64,000 nucleotides of DNA from Macrostomum lignano (GCA_002269645.1 NIVC01000059.1:434001-498000), one strand, 5' to 3'. Numbered from the stretch's first letter, positions 20,810-34,211 are shown. Notes: generated by a model not told the origin, from the letters alone. Numbers and translations are program-made.

Positions 20810-22696
20810 CGTCATCGCTAGTATATTATTTTGTTTAAATTTTCACTATATATATTACTGCGCTTTCATTCTAATATTTTGTAAGCCAAGACAGACTTGG
20901 CAACTAATCTGTATGGAGCAGATTTACGTTGATCAAATGGAAAAATAAATATTTATAAAAGCCTGAGTGTATCTTATTTATGGCCTTCTCCTGAAAGTGT
21001 ACAGTTTACTGGTTTGAAAAATCTTGTTGAATGTCTGGAAGGTTAATTGGCATGAGCTCATTGGGACATGTCAGTAGTACGTCGCTAAGGCATTTAGCTA
21101 TGTCGCTATTGGTATTAAAAATATGAAAACCACTAATTTTGTTTTCTGAAAATACTTTTTGAGGCTGTATTTCCTAATTAATTGCACAATAGATTTTAGT
21201 AAAGCTTCATATTTTATAATACGAGCCATATAGTTAGTGAATTATTTAAAATTTCGGACATGTTTTAAAGCCAAAAAATCATTGATAAATGAGTTTCTTG
21301 TTTCTTAGACTCTTAGAAATTTAGTTTTGCACAATCAATCAGGCCATCAAGGGGTCACTTGATATTGAAAAATGAAGATTCGATCTGCTATTTTTGTGCT
21401 AAAAATAGAATGTTTCCATCTCCTATCTCCGCAGCGTATTTTAGCGTAACTCGTGAATCCAGCCCAAAATATTAGTCATTTCTTAGAAAAACTTTTTTTG
21501 AAACTTCTACTCAAGCATGGAAAACTGCAGTATGGGTTGCTAGGCTAGTTTTTCTTAGAAATGAGCCGGATTCTCGTAAGGAATGAATAGCTGTTAGCAT
21601 GCTTCTTAGCAGGAGCGTCACAATTAATTTTTATGGTTGGGGGACAAAGCCCAAGAATTCTACAAGACTAAATTCCTCCATGTACATTATTTTTAGAATC
21701 GGTGTACATTTAGTACTCTGTTGTGATTTAGTGATTCAATTTACTTGCCCATACTGTAGCTCTCTCTCTCCCTCTGCCAACCCTCCCTATCCCTTCCATG
21801 CTCGCAACTTAATTATTATTGACTATGTTTAATGTACTTTACTGTTTTGTGGTGCCACTGCACTAGACCTATCGTATCGAAAAATTTATTATTGAAGTTA
21901 CTTAGTCATTGTTTGTGATTTCGGACCCCTGATCATGGTTAGCCCTCCCTTCCCGCGCCCTCTCATTGGCTGTCTCTGTAATATGTAATTCTTGTTTCCT
22001 ACCCCCCAGTTGCGTTCTGCGTGGCTGCAGCCAATCCCCTCTCGCTCTCTCTCTGCCCCACCCCACCAGTTCTCTTACCCCACCCCATTTTGTTCTGACT
22101 GATATTTATTGGCATTCGCTCCTGTCTTCTCCCGCTGACCCTTCGAGCGCTTAGTCTGGCTACTTCGCCGCCCCGGCTACAACAAATATACCATCGTAGT
22201 TCAACAGAGACGCCTAGAGCGCCAAGTTGAGCAACCTGTGCCACGGTAAGTATCGTCCTGCTTCTGTTATTTGGGGGTCTAGTGCCAGTTAGGACATCGT
22301 CACCAGGGCCTGTGCGTTCGCTGCGACCCTGCTTGCCGGCCTACTGCCTGCGCGTTTGTGCGACAGCGGGTTGGCAAGCAGCAGGACTGGGGCTGAGTCT
22401 CCCTGCTCGTACGGAGAGCGAGACGAAGCCGGCTGGTCCGTCTCGGGACACAACAACTCATATTGAAGTCCCAGTCACTCATTTTGGCACCGCAGGCACT
22501 TCTAAGAAACTTGAGCTGAATAAAAGACACGTTAAGTTACCAACTGTAAGTAGTTAATAAGCATCAACTATTGTACTCGGGACTACACGCTACGAACTCG
22601 TAAATTGAAACTTCAATAGAAATGTAATTTTTACTTAATTTTAAAATAAGATCTATTAAAGTTGATCTAATTTTGCTGTCTGTCCAGCTGGTTCGG

Positions 22697-23422
22697 TTAC
22701 TTATCATCTGGCACAAATCTGGATGCACTCCGCATCAGAGAAGACAGTCGGTTGGTCGCTGGTCTCTGACAACGAACTCCAGCGTCAGGCTGTATCAAAG
22801 AGGCGCACCAGTTGTTGGCGAACTGCTCCACAGCTGCCTGTCGTCTTCTGGCATCGTCTGCAGACGTCAGCAAGCCAAACTGCAACCGGTTCAGATTGTT
22901 TCGAATGTCGGATTTCTCCTTCGACGACATAATCCGCCCCCGGTAGCTGCCCGCGGCCACGCGGATTCGCTCCTGGAGTCGCCTGACCGACGGGCTGACA
23001 GTGGCTGCGAGTAACTCGCCACCAGAGCCGGTGCTGACCAGCGGAATTTCACCTGGGCTGTAGCAGCGGTCAGCAATTTGAGATTCACTACTACTGCTGC
23101 TAATACTAGTAGTATAGTTGCGAGGAAATGATTGGAATTTTGCTGCAGAACTATACATGTAGTCCCCCTGCCGATGGTCTGCCAGCAGCTCTGAGCAGCG
23201 GCTCAGTGTTGAAGCGCACTCGGTGCGAGCGCTCTCGCCATCCGAGCGGCATTGGCCTGGTGATGAGAAATCGAGTTCACTTTTATCCCACTGTTGTACT
23301 CCCAGATCTGCAGTTGAGTCGGCGGATTTTAGCGTAACTTCAAACTCCGTTCTGAGACAACCGGTGCGCTCAGTCGATAGGCTCTGAAAGTCTGCAAAGT
23401 TCATTGAAAAAGTATTGATCAC
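22697..23422 (-). CDS. Unknown Ser-rich protein or exon, 241 aa
   Basis: Non-repetitive GC-rich open frame with AT-rich flanks and composition like other exons here; no family recognised. Confidence 0.5.
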   Translation of the reverse strand: MINTFSMNFADFQSLSTERTGCLRTEFEVTLKSADSTADLGVQQWDKSELDFSSPGQCRSDGESARTECASTLSRCSELLADHRQGDYMYSSAAKFQSFPRNYTTSISSSSSESQIADRCYSPGEIPLVSTGSGGELLAATVSPSVRRLQERIRVAAGSYRGRIMSSKEKSDIRNNLNRLQFGLLTSADDARRRQAAVEQFANNWCASLIQPDAGVRCQRPATNRLSSLMRSASRFVPDDK

Positions 23423-23629
23423 GACATTGGATTCGCTCTCTTAATATTCGCATCTTTACCTCTTACCGGAAGTTTCGCGTTCAAAATCGTCGATGTAACT
23501 TTGAAGCAGCTGCGTTGCCGAGGTTGGCACTGTTTCAAAAATCTGTGGATTTCTGCAGTATTAATAAACAGTTTTCTAATTCTTCGATAACTAGACTGTT
23601 AGAAACTGAAGTGCTCTCATTTTTACTGG

Positions 23630-24660
23630 GCACGTCACTTCAGGGACACTTTCTTCAAGGACACTTCACTTCAGGAACAGGTCACTTCAGGGACAGGTCA
23701 CTTCAGGGACAGGTCACTTCAGGGACAGGTCACTTCAGGGACAGGTCACTTCAGGGACAGGTCACTTCAGGGACAGGTCACTTCAGGGACAGGTCACTTC
23801 AGGGACAGGTCACTTCAGGGACAGGTCACTTCAGGGACAGGTCACTTCAGGGACAGGTCACTTCAGGGACAGGTCACTTCAGGGACAGGTCACTTCAGGG
23901 ACAGGTCACTTCAGGGACAGGTCACTTCAGGGACAGGTCACTTCAGGGACAGGTCACTTCAGGGACAGGTCACTTCAGGGACAAGTCACTTCAGGGACAG
24001 GTCACTTCAGGGACAGGTCACTTCAGGGACAGGTCACTTCAGGGACAGGTCACTTCAGGGACAGGTCACTTCAGGGACAGGTCACTTCAGGGACAGGTCA
24101 CTTCAGGGACAGGTCACTTCAGGGACAGGTCACTTCAGGGACAGGTCACTTCAGGGACAGGTCACTTCAGGGACAGTTCACTTCAGGGACAGGTCACTTC
24201 AGGGACAGGTCACTTCAGGGACAGGTCACTTCAGGGACAGGTCACTTCAGGGACAGGTCACTTCAGGGACAGGTCACTTCAGGGACAGGTCACTTCAGGG
24301 ACAGGTCACTTCAGGGACAGGTCACTTCAGGGACAGGTCACTTCAGGGACAGGTCACTTTAGGGACAGGTCTCTTCAGGGACAGGTCACTTTAGGGACAG
24401 GTCACTTTAGGGACATGTCACTTCAGGGACAAGTCACTCCAAGGACAGGTCACTTCAAGGACAGGTCACTTCAGGAACAAGTCATTTCAAAGACAGGTCA
24501 CTCCAAGGACAGGTCACTTCAGGGACAAGTCACTCCAGGAACAAGTCACTCCAAAGACAGGTCACTTCAAGGACTGGTCACTTCAAGCACAGGTCACTTC
24601 AGGGACAGGTCATTTCAGGGCAGGTCACTTTAAGGGCACGTCACTTCAGGGACAGGTCGC
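23630..24660. repeat. 16-bp minisatellite (GGTCACTTCAGGGACA)n
   Basis: About 60 units, homogeneous core and degenerate 3' end. Confidence 0.96.
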
Positions 24661-25613
24661 AGATAATGAGTAGTTTCTGCAACACACTCTCACAGGTTTA
24701 TAAAATGACAGATTGTATTCAGTAGGCCAGCTTACCGTTGAAAAGATGCAGGGGGGTCCATATGAAACAGACCGATTTAAAGAGTTGAAATCACAAGGAA
24801 AAAAGCTGCTCAAATCCTGGGCAGAATAAGGCACAGTAAGTATTCTCAAGCAATAAACCACAGGTACACTGAGGCTTGTATTTAACGGTGTAATGACTTG
24901 CTGGCGGAGAGGCATTTTCTATTGCAAGAAACCAAGCTGTGTTCGAGGGCACAATGGCGCAGGTTGGTTGGCCACTTCAACGTTTCGGAGCCGAGACACC
25001 TGCTCATAGAAAGGAATTGGAGGTGGGGCAGAAGCGTCATTTAAAAACGTGTCAAAGGATTAAGGTTCGTCTTTTTACAAAGGCTCCGCTGCTTGTCAAA
25101 GGCTTAACTAGGCTTTAGCCCAGCTGGAGCTGCTGCGGGAGCTAGGGTGAGAGACTGTACGAACTTGCAAAACTGTTGAATGGCTGCGCTGTTCCACTTC
25201 ACCCAAAGCTGGAAAAGAAGAAATGCTATCATAGTCGTGAACAATTAAACAGTGCCATTAGTCAGAGAGCTTTTTGGCACCAACTACTAATTGGAATAAA
25301 CTTCTTTAGCACGCAGGTGTTGCTACCCGCATGAATGAGTTCAGTTGTACTCGTAAGCGACATCTAGATTCTGGAGGTTTTTTTGAAAACCTGCACACAA
25401 GATCAACTGGACCTGCGTTGCATCTGTATGCTTGAGAAAATTTTGCTTTATTGTTTATGAGTAACAAAGTTACTACGTGCAAATTAGATGGAGAGCTGCA
25501 GTTTTGTCAATTTTGAGTCAGCTTCGAGACAGATGTTTGGCACAGTGTTGTAGCAAATTGCCCCCGAGCTTTTTTGAGCGATGGCACACCGACGCCTCTA
25601 TTAGTCAAAGTAG

Positions 25614-26465
25614 CTCTGCCGCTCTCTATTAACAGCTCTGCCGCTCTCTATTAACAGCTCTGCCGCTCTCTACTAATAGCTCTGCCGCTCTCTACTAATA
25701 GCTCTGCCGCTCTCTACTAATAGCTCTGCCGCTCTCTACTAATAGCTCTGCCGCTCTCTACTAGTAGCTCTGCCGCTCTCTACTAGTAGCTCTGCCGCTC
25801 TCTACTAGTAGCTCTGCCGCTCTCTACTAGTAGCTCTGCCGCTCTCTACTAATAGCTCTGCCGCTCTCTAGTAGTAGCTCTGCCGCTCTCTAGTAGTAGC
25901 TCTGCCGCTCTCTACTAGTAGCTCTGCCGCTCTCTACTAATAGCTCTGCCGCTCTCTACTAGTAGCTCTGCCGCTCTCTACTAATAGCTCTGCCGCTCTC
26001 TACTAGTAGCTCTGCCGCTCTCTACTAGTAGCTCTGCCGCTCTCTACTAATAGCTCTGCCGCTCTCTAGTAGTAGCTCTGCCGCTCTCTAGTAGTAGCTC
26101 TGCCGCTCTCTACTAATAGCTCTGCCGCTCTCTAGTAGTAGCTCTGCCGCTCTCTACTAATAGCTCTGCCGCTCTCTACTAGTAGCTCTGCCGCTCTCTA
26201 CTAGTAGCTCTGCCGCTCTCTACTAGTAGCTCTGCCGCTCTCTACTAGTAGCTCTGCCGCTCTCTACTAGTAGCTTTGCCGCTCTCTACTAGTAGCTCTG
26301 CCGCTCTCTACTAATAGCTCTGCCGCTCTCTAGTAGTAGCTCTGCCGCTCTCTACTAGTAGCTCTGCCGCTCTCTACTAGTAGCTCTGCCGCTCTCTACT
26401 AATAGCTCTGCCGCTCTCTACTAGTAGCTCTGCCGCTCTCTACTAGTAGCTCTGCCGCTCTCTAC
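25614..26465. repeat. 22-bp minisatellite (GCTCTGCCGCTCTCTACTA[A/G]TA)n
   Basis: About 38 tandem units. Confidence 0.96.
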
Positions 26466-26644
26466 AGTATTCTTGTCATAATTCTAAAATGAATCTGAAA
26501 TGTGTCAGAGGGGCTACTCGGGTAGGTTTTTGCCATAGACAGTTTTTCGAGTCTATTAAATTCCATTAGAAATCATTGAAATAATTGAAATAATTGAAAT
26601 CATTAGATTTCTACACAGATGATAGCTACGTGCAGTGCTAAAGA

Positions 26645-27030
26645 ATGGCACCAACAAAGGAAAGGGCCGATTCCGCTACAGAAAACAACGATAAAAAGTT
26701 CATTGGATTTTATTTGTCCCTAAGACCTGAGCAAGGCCTGTTAGACAGTTTAATCTACCAGTTCTACTCGAAACTGCTGGACCAGTTGAGGCTATTTGAC
26801 ACTCTCAAGGTGTTCCTTGACTCCGACTATAACGCTGAGACTTTGACAAAGGAGAAATTTAGACCGAAATTCACCGAGACAACGAATCCGTTTGTGCGCG
26901 ATCCTCCGCTGGAGTTCGTTATGTTTCCCGGCGATTACATGCTGGCATTCAGAGACGGCTTTCTGATGTTCCGCATCCTGGAGGAGGCGCTCAAAGCCAA
27001 TGGAGAGTCGGCTGAGGCGATTCTGGAGAA
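26645..27030 (+). CDS. Uncharacterised 252-aa protein, exon 1
   Basis: aagaATGG start; donor AA|GTAAGT phase 2; non-repetitive globular-looking sequence. Confidence 0.7.
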
Positions 27031-27069
27031 GTAAGTCTCTTTTCTTGACCTGATTTCTGATTTCCCGTT

Positions 27070-27250
27070 GGTCACTTCACGTCACTTCAGGGACAGGTCA
27101 CTTCAGGGACAGGTCACTTCAGGGACAGGTCACTTCAGGGACAAGTCACTTCAGGGACAGGTCACTTCAGGGACAGGTCACTTCAGGGACAGGTCACTTC
27201 AGGGACAGGTCACTACAAGGACCGGTCACTTCAAGGACAGGTCACTTCAG
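27070..27250. repeat. Second, short copy of the GGTCACTTCAGGGACA minisatellite (intronic)
   Basis: About 10 units, same orientation as 23630-24660. Confidence 0.9.
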
Positions 27251-27347
27251 GTCAATTTCGGACAAGTAGAGTTCAAACATTATTCTGGCTTGGAGACTGT
27301 GTCACTTTGTTCTTTCATTAATACACACGCCAACGCCATCCCGTCAG

Positions 27348-27720
27348 GTACGAGACGTACAAAGCAACTAAAGGCGAGAAAGACGCCTACCTTCGGGCCT
27401 GCTATTGGTACATCTGCACTAATTTTGTGCACAAATGGCCAATACAATATCAAGTGGCATTTTTTGTCGACTGCCTGCTGTACGGCGAGTGGCAGGTGAG
27501 CCACCCTAATCTGATCGGCTTGCACCTGCTCGCCATAGCCTGGATGATGGGCATCAAAGCGTTCGACAGGTTCGTGCCAGTCGGACTGCGCAAATGCCTC
27601 ATCATGCTGAAGCCGCCACTAGCAGGCCTGAAGGCGGCCCAGGGCATCAAGGTGAGCATTGAGCCGCCTTGGCCTACAACTCGACAGCCGGCTAAGGAGG
27701 CGACGCAGAAGTCAAAGTGA
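27348..27720 (+). CDS. Uncharacterised 252-aa protein, exon 2
   Basis: ccgtcag|G acceptor completes AAG (Lys); YETYKATKGEKDAYLRACYWYICTNFVHKWPIQYQVAFFVDCLLYGEW..KSK*; AATAAA at about 27729. Confidence 0.7.
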
Positions 27721-28149
27721 CGGATTTTAATAAAGTGAATGCTTTAATAATCATATTATTTTTGACCTGGTAAATATACACACAGTGCAGTGCTACTAAC
27801 TACAGATAAATCTGGAGACGAATCTATAAATAAGCCATGGAGTTTCACTATTAGAAGCTGGGGTGAAGTCAACGTCCGTATATATAATCTATAAAGTCGA
27901 GCTTCTGGGTTTCAAGCTCTTAATGACGTTTTTTTATTGATTACACCTGCCCCAATTGGGCCGCCAGATGTTCAACCGACAGCTCAGCCGCAGCTATTGC
28001 GCGGCGCATCTGAAGGCTGCGTACGGCTGTTCAGCCCATGGTGGGGGGTCGCCACATGCAGACTCAATTACCCTAGCTAATGCTGCCATCCATTTTACAG
28101 CTGGGTGAACTGAAACAATGCAGAGTTACATGTAAGTGAGGACACAATT

Positions 28150-28235
28150 TGTTCCAGTGGGATTCGGGAATCGAACCCCCGACCTTCAAGTCGTGAGTCC
28201 GACGCTAGGCAGCTCAGTGCTGAACGCACCCGACT
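28150..28235 (-). mobile_element. tRNA-derived (SINE-like) sequence
   Basis: Minus strand has a GGTTCGATTCC B-box; anticodon stem pairs poorly. Confidence 0.5.
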
Positions 28236-28633
28236 CTTGAGCGCCAACGCACCCCCCCCCCTCGTTCGTTCGAAATTGAAACACACGTGACCCGTTATGT
28301 GCCTGCTCATCTTGGAGTTAATTCACACGATCACGACTTCAGCAACTGGCGAAATTCTGTTTTCTGCTTCAGCGAGAAGAAGCCAAGAAAAAAACATTTT
28401 GAGCAACTCCAACACCGCTAGGGTTGTAAATCGTGCCGTAGGAAATTGAAAATTCTAAATTTCCGAAAATCCGCCGCCATTTTTAATTAGCGTTGCTTAG
28501 CTACAGTCTTCCTTCTTGGAGACTCTGAAACCTTAATTAAAGAAACGTTTTCTTGTAATTAGCACGCTTGGGACTTGAAGGCGTCCTGTTGATTCACTGG
28601 CGCTATATGCTACTACAATACGAGCGAAAACTT

Positions 28634-29424
<791 letters not shown>

Positions 29425-30051
29425 GTGAAGATATGGGAACGACTGTTTTACTTTCACGACTTCAGAGACTTTGATTGGTTTAAAAACTTTATTTGAACAT
29501 TAGTAAATAATTGGTAGCATTAAATTATATAAATCAATTGTTAAATTGTAAACTTCGCTACGAGTAAGTTCATATTGGAATAAATATTTTTTGCAAACAC
29601 CAAAGTCAAGGATAAGAGATGGTTGCCAGCGTTTTTATAGTTATCAGTCTAGTACGAGCGTGTAACCAGAGTATTCGCTGGAGGAAAAGCCAGATTAACT
29701 AAACTTTTGGTTACTATGTTTCAACAAAAAAAATCGGCCCACCCGCATTACTAGCATTAAAGTGTAACTTGCATCGTGCAGCTATTAGAAAAGCTATTAG
29801 GAAAAGTGTCAGGAGGCGTCAACTTGTTTGTCAGATGAGGCGTCAACTTGTTTGTCAGATGAGGCGTCAACTTGTTTGTCAGGGGGGGCGCAAATTTGTT
29901 TGTCATGGGGATGCTATAACTTTGGTGTCAGGGCCTAATTAAAAATTTGCACCCATACAGGTGTTGCCGTGCATCGAAGCAGCAAAGATCCCGAAAATCA
30001 GTCTGATAGTCACGCAATCCCCGAAAAATCCTTAATTCCTCCGCCATCGTG

Positions 30052-30570
30052 TCAGTCGTCGTCAGCTTTGCAGGCCCTGGTCGAGTCGCAGTCGCCTGCA
30101 GCCGACGTTGAGTCGGTGAACTCCGACATTCTCGTAGGCACACGCGACACTGGCGAGCTGGTCAGCATGGACACGAATTCGGGAAAGTCGATCAAGCCGT
30201 CGCCGTTCGTGTCGACCTCGCGAAGCATTTCCTGGGCGTCGGTCAGGGACACCTCCGCGTGCCCGAGCGCCGACAAGACTTCCTTGAGCTCGGCGGCGCT
30301 GATGTAGCCGTTAGCATCCTTGTCGAACACCCGGAAGGCGGCCAGCAATTCGTCTTCGGAGTCGTCGCCGCCGACGCCCCGTGTCGGCGAAACGCGTCGC
30401 GAACCGGACGCGGAGCCGGAGCTCGACTCTCTGGAACCTCGGCGCCGCGGAGGCTGGCGCTCTTTCTTCTTGGCGCCGGTTCGGTCGCGCCTACCCGACC
30501 GTATGAGCTGGATGAACTCGTCGAACTCGATGGTGCCGTTGCCGTCGCGGTCGATTCGACGGAGAAGTTC
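30052..30570 (-). CDS. Calmodulin-like protein, exon 2 (EF2, extended linker, EF3, EF4, tail)
   Basis: cgcag|GAA acceptor phase 0; loops [24 protein letters not shown] and [12 protein letters not shown] in one frame. Confidence 0.9.
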   Translation of the reverse strand, partial: ELLRRIDRDGNGTIEFDEFIQLIRSGRRDRTGAKKKERQPPRRRGSRESSSGSASGSRRVSPTRGVGGDDSEDELLAAFRVFDKDANGYISAAELKEVLSALGHAEVSLTDAQEMLREVDTNGDGLIDFPEFVSMLTSSPVSRVPTRMSEFTDSTSAAGDCDSTRACKADDD

Positions 30571-30675
30571 CTGCGATTGAAGACGCTTCTTGGAAAATTA
30601 AAGTACACCGCGCACTCGGGGCTGTTTAGTTGGGTTGCTAGGCGATTAGGCCTACTCAGTATTTTCTTTCTGAGT

Positions 30676-31160
30676 GGTTCGATAGCTTTAGCTACAGAAT
30701 TTAAAAAACTGTACTTGACTGCACAGACTGGCTAAAAAATCTATTCAGATTTTGTTGCGCTGCTTGATATAGCTGTGTCGACAAAATTATTTGTTTTACT
30801 TTCGCTTAAAAATATGCGGCAGTTAAAGCAGCCGATGGCATGGGTGCTTTTCAGCCCTTTTGTCGAATCACTTCGCTCTGTTAAAACTACCAACGCCAAC
30901 TGGTAAAACCAACCACCCTCCTCTCCAAATGATAAAACCACCCACCCCTCACATACTGATAAAAACACCCACCTCTCCTCCCCAACTGATAAAATTACCA
31001 ACCCTCCTTTCCAATTGATAAAACCACCCACCCCTCACATACTGATAAAAACACCCACCTCTCCTCCCCAACTGATAAAATTACCAACCCTCCTTTCCAA
31101 TTGATAAAACCATCCACCCTTCTCCCCAAATGATACAACCTCCCAACCCTCACATACTGA
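30676..31160. repeat. Dispersed repeat, copy 1 (unique part plus CA-rich tandem tail), calmodulin-like intron
   Basis: GGTTCGATAGCTT..ATGCGGCAGTTAAAGCAGCCGATGGCATGG.. is nearly identical to 33245-33960. Confidence 0.85.
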
Positions 31161-31614
31161 TAAAAACGCACGCTCACACAGGGTGCACAGCGTTCCTGAT
31201 TTTCAATGTAACGTGTAGCGTGTTTGAGCTGCCGCTTAGCTGCTCTGTATAGCCAGTGAAGGAAGCATCCGCCTATTTTGGAATCAGATACAGAAAACTC
31301 TGCACCCAAACTTCCTTAACAAGTAAAATCTCCCTGTTTTCATAATCCTTCTACGCCTCGAAATTTCTGTTTAGATTTCCAGCGTACCGAGCGTACTTCT
31401 TGTTTTACAATAATATTCTAACAAGGCGCGGGCAAGGAAGTCTCCGAAAGCTTTAAATCACTTGAGTCAATTTTGCAGCGCAGCAAAACTGTGTTACGAG
31501 TGTATTTACTTACTGACTCTGCTTTTGGGGCTTCCCAATCCTTCCTTTCGGTTTCCACAAATTCTCTGCTTGAATTATTTGTGAGGCATCAGCAAATGAA
31601 CCTCTGGCTCCTTG

Positions 31615-32220
31615 TTTAGCGCCACCCTGACTCTTAGTTTAGCGCCACCCTGCCTTCTAGTTTGGCGCCCACCCTGACTACAAGATTGGCGCCGCCCTGA
31701 CTCTTAGTTTAGCGCCACCATGCCTTCTAGTTTGGCGCCCACCCTGTCTCCTAGTTGAGCGCCACCCTGTCTCCTAGTTTAGCGCCACCCTGTCTTCTAG
31801 TTTAGCGCCACCCTGTCTTCTAGTTTAGCGCCACCCTGTCTCCTAGTTGGCGCCACCCTGTCTTCTAGTTTAGCGCTACCCTGTCTCCTAGTTTAGCGCC
31901 ACCCTGTCTCCTAGTTTAGCGCCACTCTGACTCTTAGTTTAGCGCCACCCTGACTCTTACTTAGCGCTACCCTGTCTCCTAGTTTAGCGCCACCCTGTCT
32001 CCTAGTTTAGCGCCACTCTGACTCTTAGTTTAGCGCCACCCTGTCTCTTAGTTTAGCGCCACCCTGACTCTTAGTTTAGCGCCACCCTGTCTCCTAGTTT
32101 AGCGCCACCCTTTCTCCTAGTATAGCGCCACCCTGTCTCCTAGTTGAGCGCCACCCTGTCTTCTAGTTTAGCGCCACCCTGTCTTCTAGTTTAGCGCCAC
32201 CCTGTCTCCTAGTTGGCGCC
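31615..32220. repeat. 23-bp minisatellite (TTAGCGCCACCCTGTCTCCTAGT)n
   Basis: About 26 tandem units. Confidence 0.94.
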
Positions 32221-32826
32221 GGGTCCATGAGAATTGCCCGCAGACGTATTGCCCGCCGAGATTTGCCCGCAGGAGATTTGCCCGCCGAGCTTTTCCCGCG
32301 GAGATTTGCCCGCAGTGCATTTTGCCCGTGAGCGAATTGCCCGTGGAGATTTGCCCGCCGAGAATTGCCCGCCGAGATTTGCCCGTAGTGCATTTTGCCC
32401 GCGAGCGAATTGCCCGCCGAGTTTTTTCCCGCCGAGGTTTGCCCGCAATGCTTTTTTCCTGCAGCGCATTTAGCCACGCGTCAGATTTTGTCTGCATTGC
32501 CTTCCCAATGCTTTGTACGTGTTAATCTCAATAAAGAGATTTACACGATCAAAACGTTTTGATAGTAACTGCATATCAAATGCATATTTTGGGGGGAGCA
32601 ATGTAGACAGAATCTAGCTGCCAAATGCGCTGCAAAAAAGCATTGCAGGCAAACCTCGGCGGGAAAAAACTCGGCGGGCAATTCGCTCGCGGGCAATTCA
32701 CTCGCGGGAAAATTGCACTGCGGGCAAATCTCGGCGGGCAATTCTCGGCGGGCAAATCTCCACGGGCAAATCTCCTGCGGGCAAATCTCGGCGGGCAATT
32801 CATCTGCGGGCATTTCTCGTGCTCCC
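32221..32826. mobile_element. Mutator/Foldback-like MITE, 606 bp, long TIRs built of ~15-bp subrepeats, 9-bp TSD
   Basis: GTTGGCGCC at 32212-32220 and 32827-32835; GGG..CCC termini; (TTGCCCGCCGAGA)n left arm mirrored by (TCTCGGCGGGCAA)n right arm. Confidence 0.88.
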
Positions 32827-33244
32827 GTTGGCGCCACCCTGACACTGAATTAAGCGCCTCTGACGTCTAAAGTCGCCATCTTGAGGCCCATGCCTGAGGC
32901 TCAAAGTGCAGTCTCAAAGTCTCAATGGCCTTTCGGACAAGGTTTCGCCCCCCCTCAGAGGCATGCAGGGTGGCGGCGCCCCTCCCCTGGGGAAAGCAAT
33001 TCTGTCTCTATATTTAGAGACAAAAATAGCGTCTGTTTTGCTTCTACAGCTGCAATTTTCTCTGTAATCCGGTAAAAATTTCAATCGACTCAAAAGGCTT
33101 GCAGGCAAGTCGCTGTCAAGGCAGTCTGCCTCAATAAAGGAATAATAATTATTTGCTTAGAAACAGCTGCTGCGTTTACCATTTCTGGCCTCTGCAATTT
33201 CGTCGTTAGACAAAACAGTGAGCTGAGGAATCGAGAAAATAATA

Positions 33245-33960
33245 GGTTCGATAGCTTAAGCTACAGAATTGAAAAAAACTCTACTTGACTGAAGAGACTG
33301 GCTAAAAAATCTATTCAGATTCGTTGCGCTGCTTGCTATAGCTCTGTCGACAAAATTATTTGTTTTACTTTCGCTTATAAAATATGCGGCAGTTAAAGCA
33401 GCCGATGGCATGGGTGCTTTTCAGCCCTTTTGTCGAATCACTTCGCCCTGTTAAAACTACCAACGCCAACTGGTAAAACCAACCACCCTCCTCCCCAAAT
33501 GATAAAACCACCCACCCCTCACATACTGATAAAACACCCACCTCTCCTCCCCAACTGATAAAATTACCAACCCTCCTTTCCAATTGATAAAGCCATCAAC
33601 CCTCCTCCCCAAATGATACAACCACCCACCCCTCACAAACTGATAAAAACACCCACCTCTCCTCCCCAACTGATAAAATTACCAACCCTCCTTTCCAATT
33701 GATAAAACCATCCACCCTCCTCCCCAAATGATACAACCACCCACCCCTCAAAAACTGATAAAAACACCCACCTCTTTTGCCCAAATGATAAAACCACCCA
33801 ACCCTCCTGCTTAAGTGATAAAACCACCCACCCCTCCTCCCCTCCTCCGAAATTGATAAAAACAACCACCTCTCCTCCCTAACTGATAAAGCCACCCCTT
33901 TCCCCACTGGAACGATCACCTACCCTCCCTCACCGATAAAAACAGCCCACTCTTTCTCCC
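33245..33960. repeat. Dispersed repeat, copy 2 (longer CA-rich tandem tail)
   Basis: Direct repeat of 30676-31160. Confidence 0.85.
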
Positions 33961-34211
33961 TTCTTTGAGAGGAGAGCCACCCCCTCTAAGTTATAATAGA
34001 ACCAGCCACCCCGCCTCCCCGACTAGCCCTGCAAAACCGACTATTGTATTAATCTGGTTTCACTTTCATCCTAAACCTCTTCTGCTCTCCGTGGCTATAA
34101 AATTGCCCACAATTCTTACAGTAGTCTGCCACCTCCTCTACAAAACACAAAATCACTCAATAAATTTCTACAACTTCTCTCGTAAAATTCAAACCCATCT
34201 TAGTCGCTCAC

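Noticed and set aside
21750-22590. Possible solo LTR (AATAAA, ends ACTACA)
   Set aside because: No matching TG start with a TSD and no second copy in the window
23515-24633. 372-aa HFRDRSLQGQVTSGTG repeat ORF
   Set aside because: Product of a 16-bp array with a TTG start; the same unit is clearly intronic at 27070-27250
28150-28235. Functional tRNA gene (also 55375-55450 and 61865-61925)
   Set aside because: B-box is present but acceptor and anticodon stems do not pair; treated as tRNA-derived repeats
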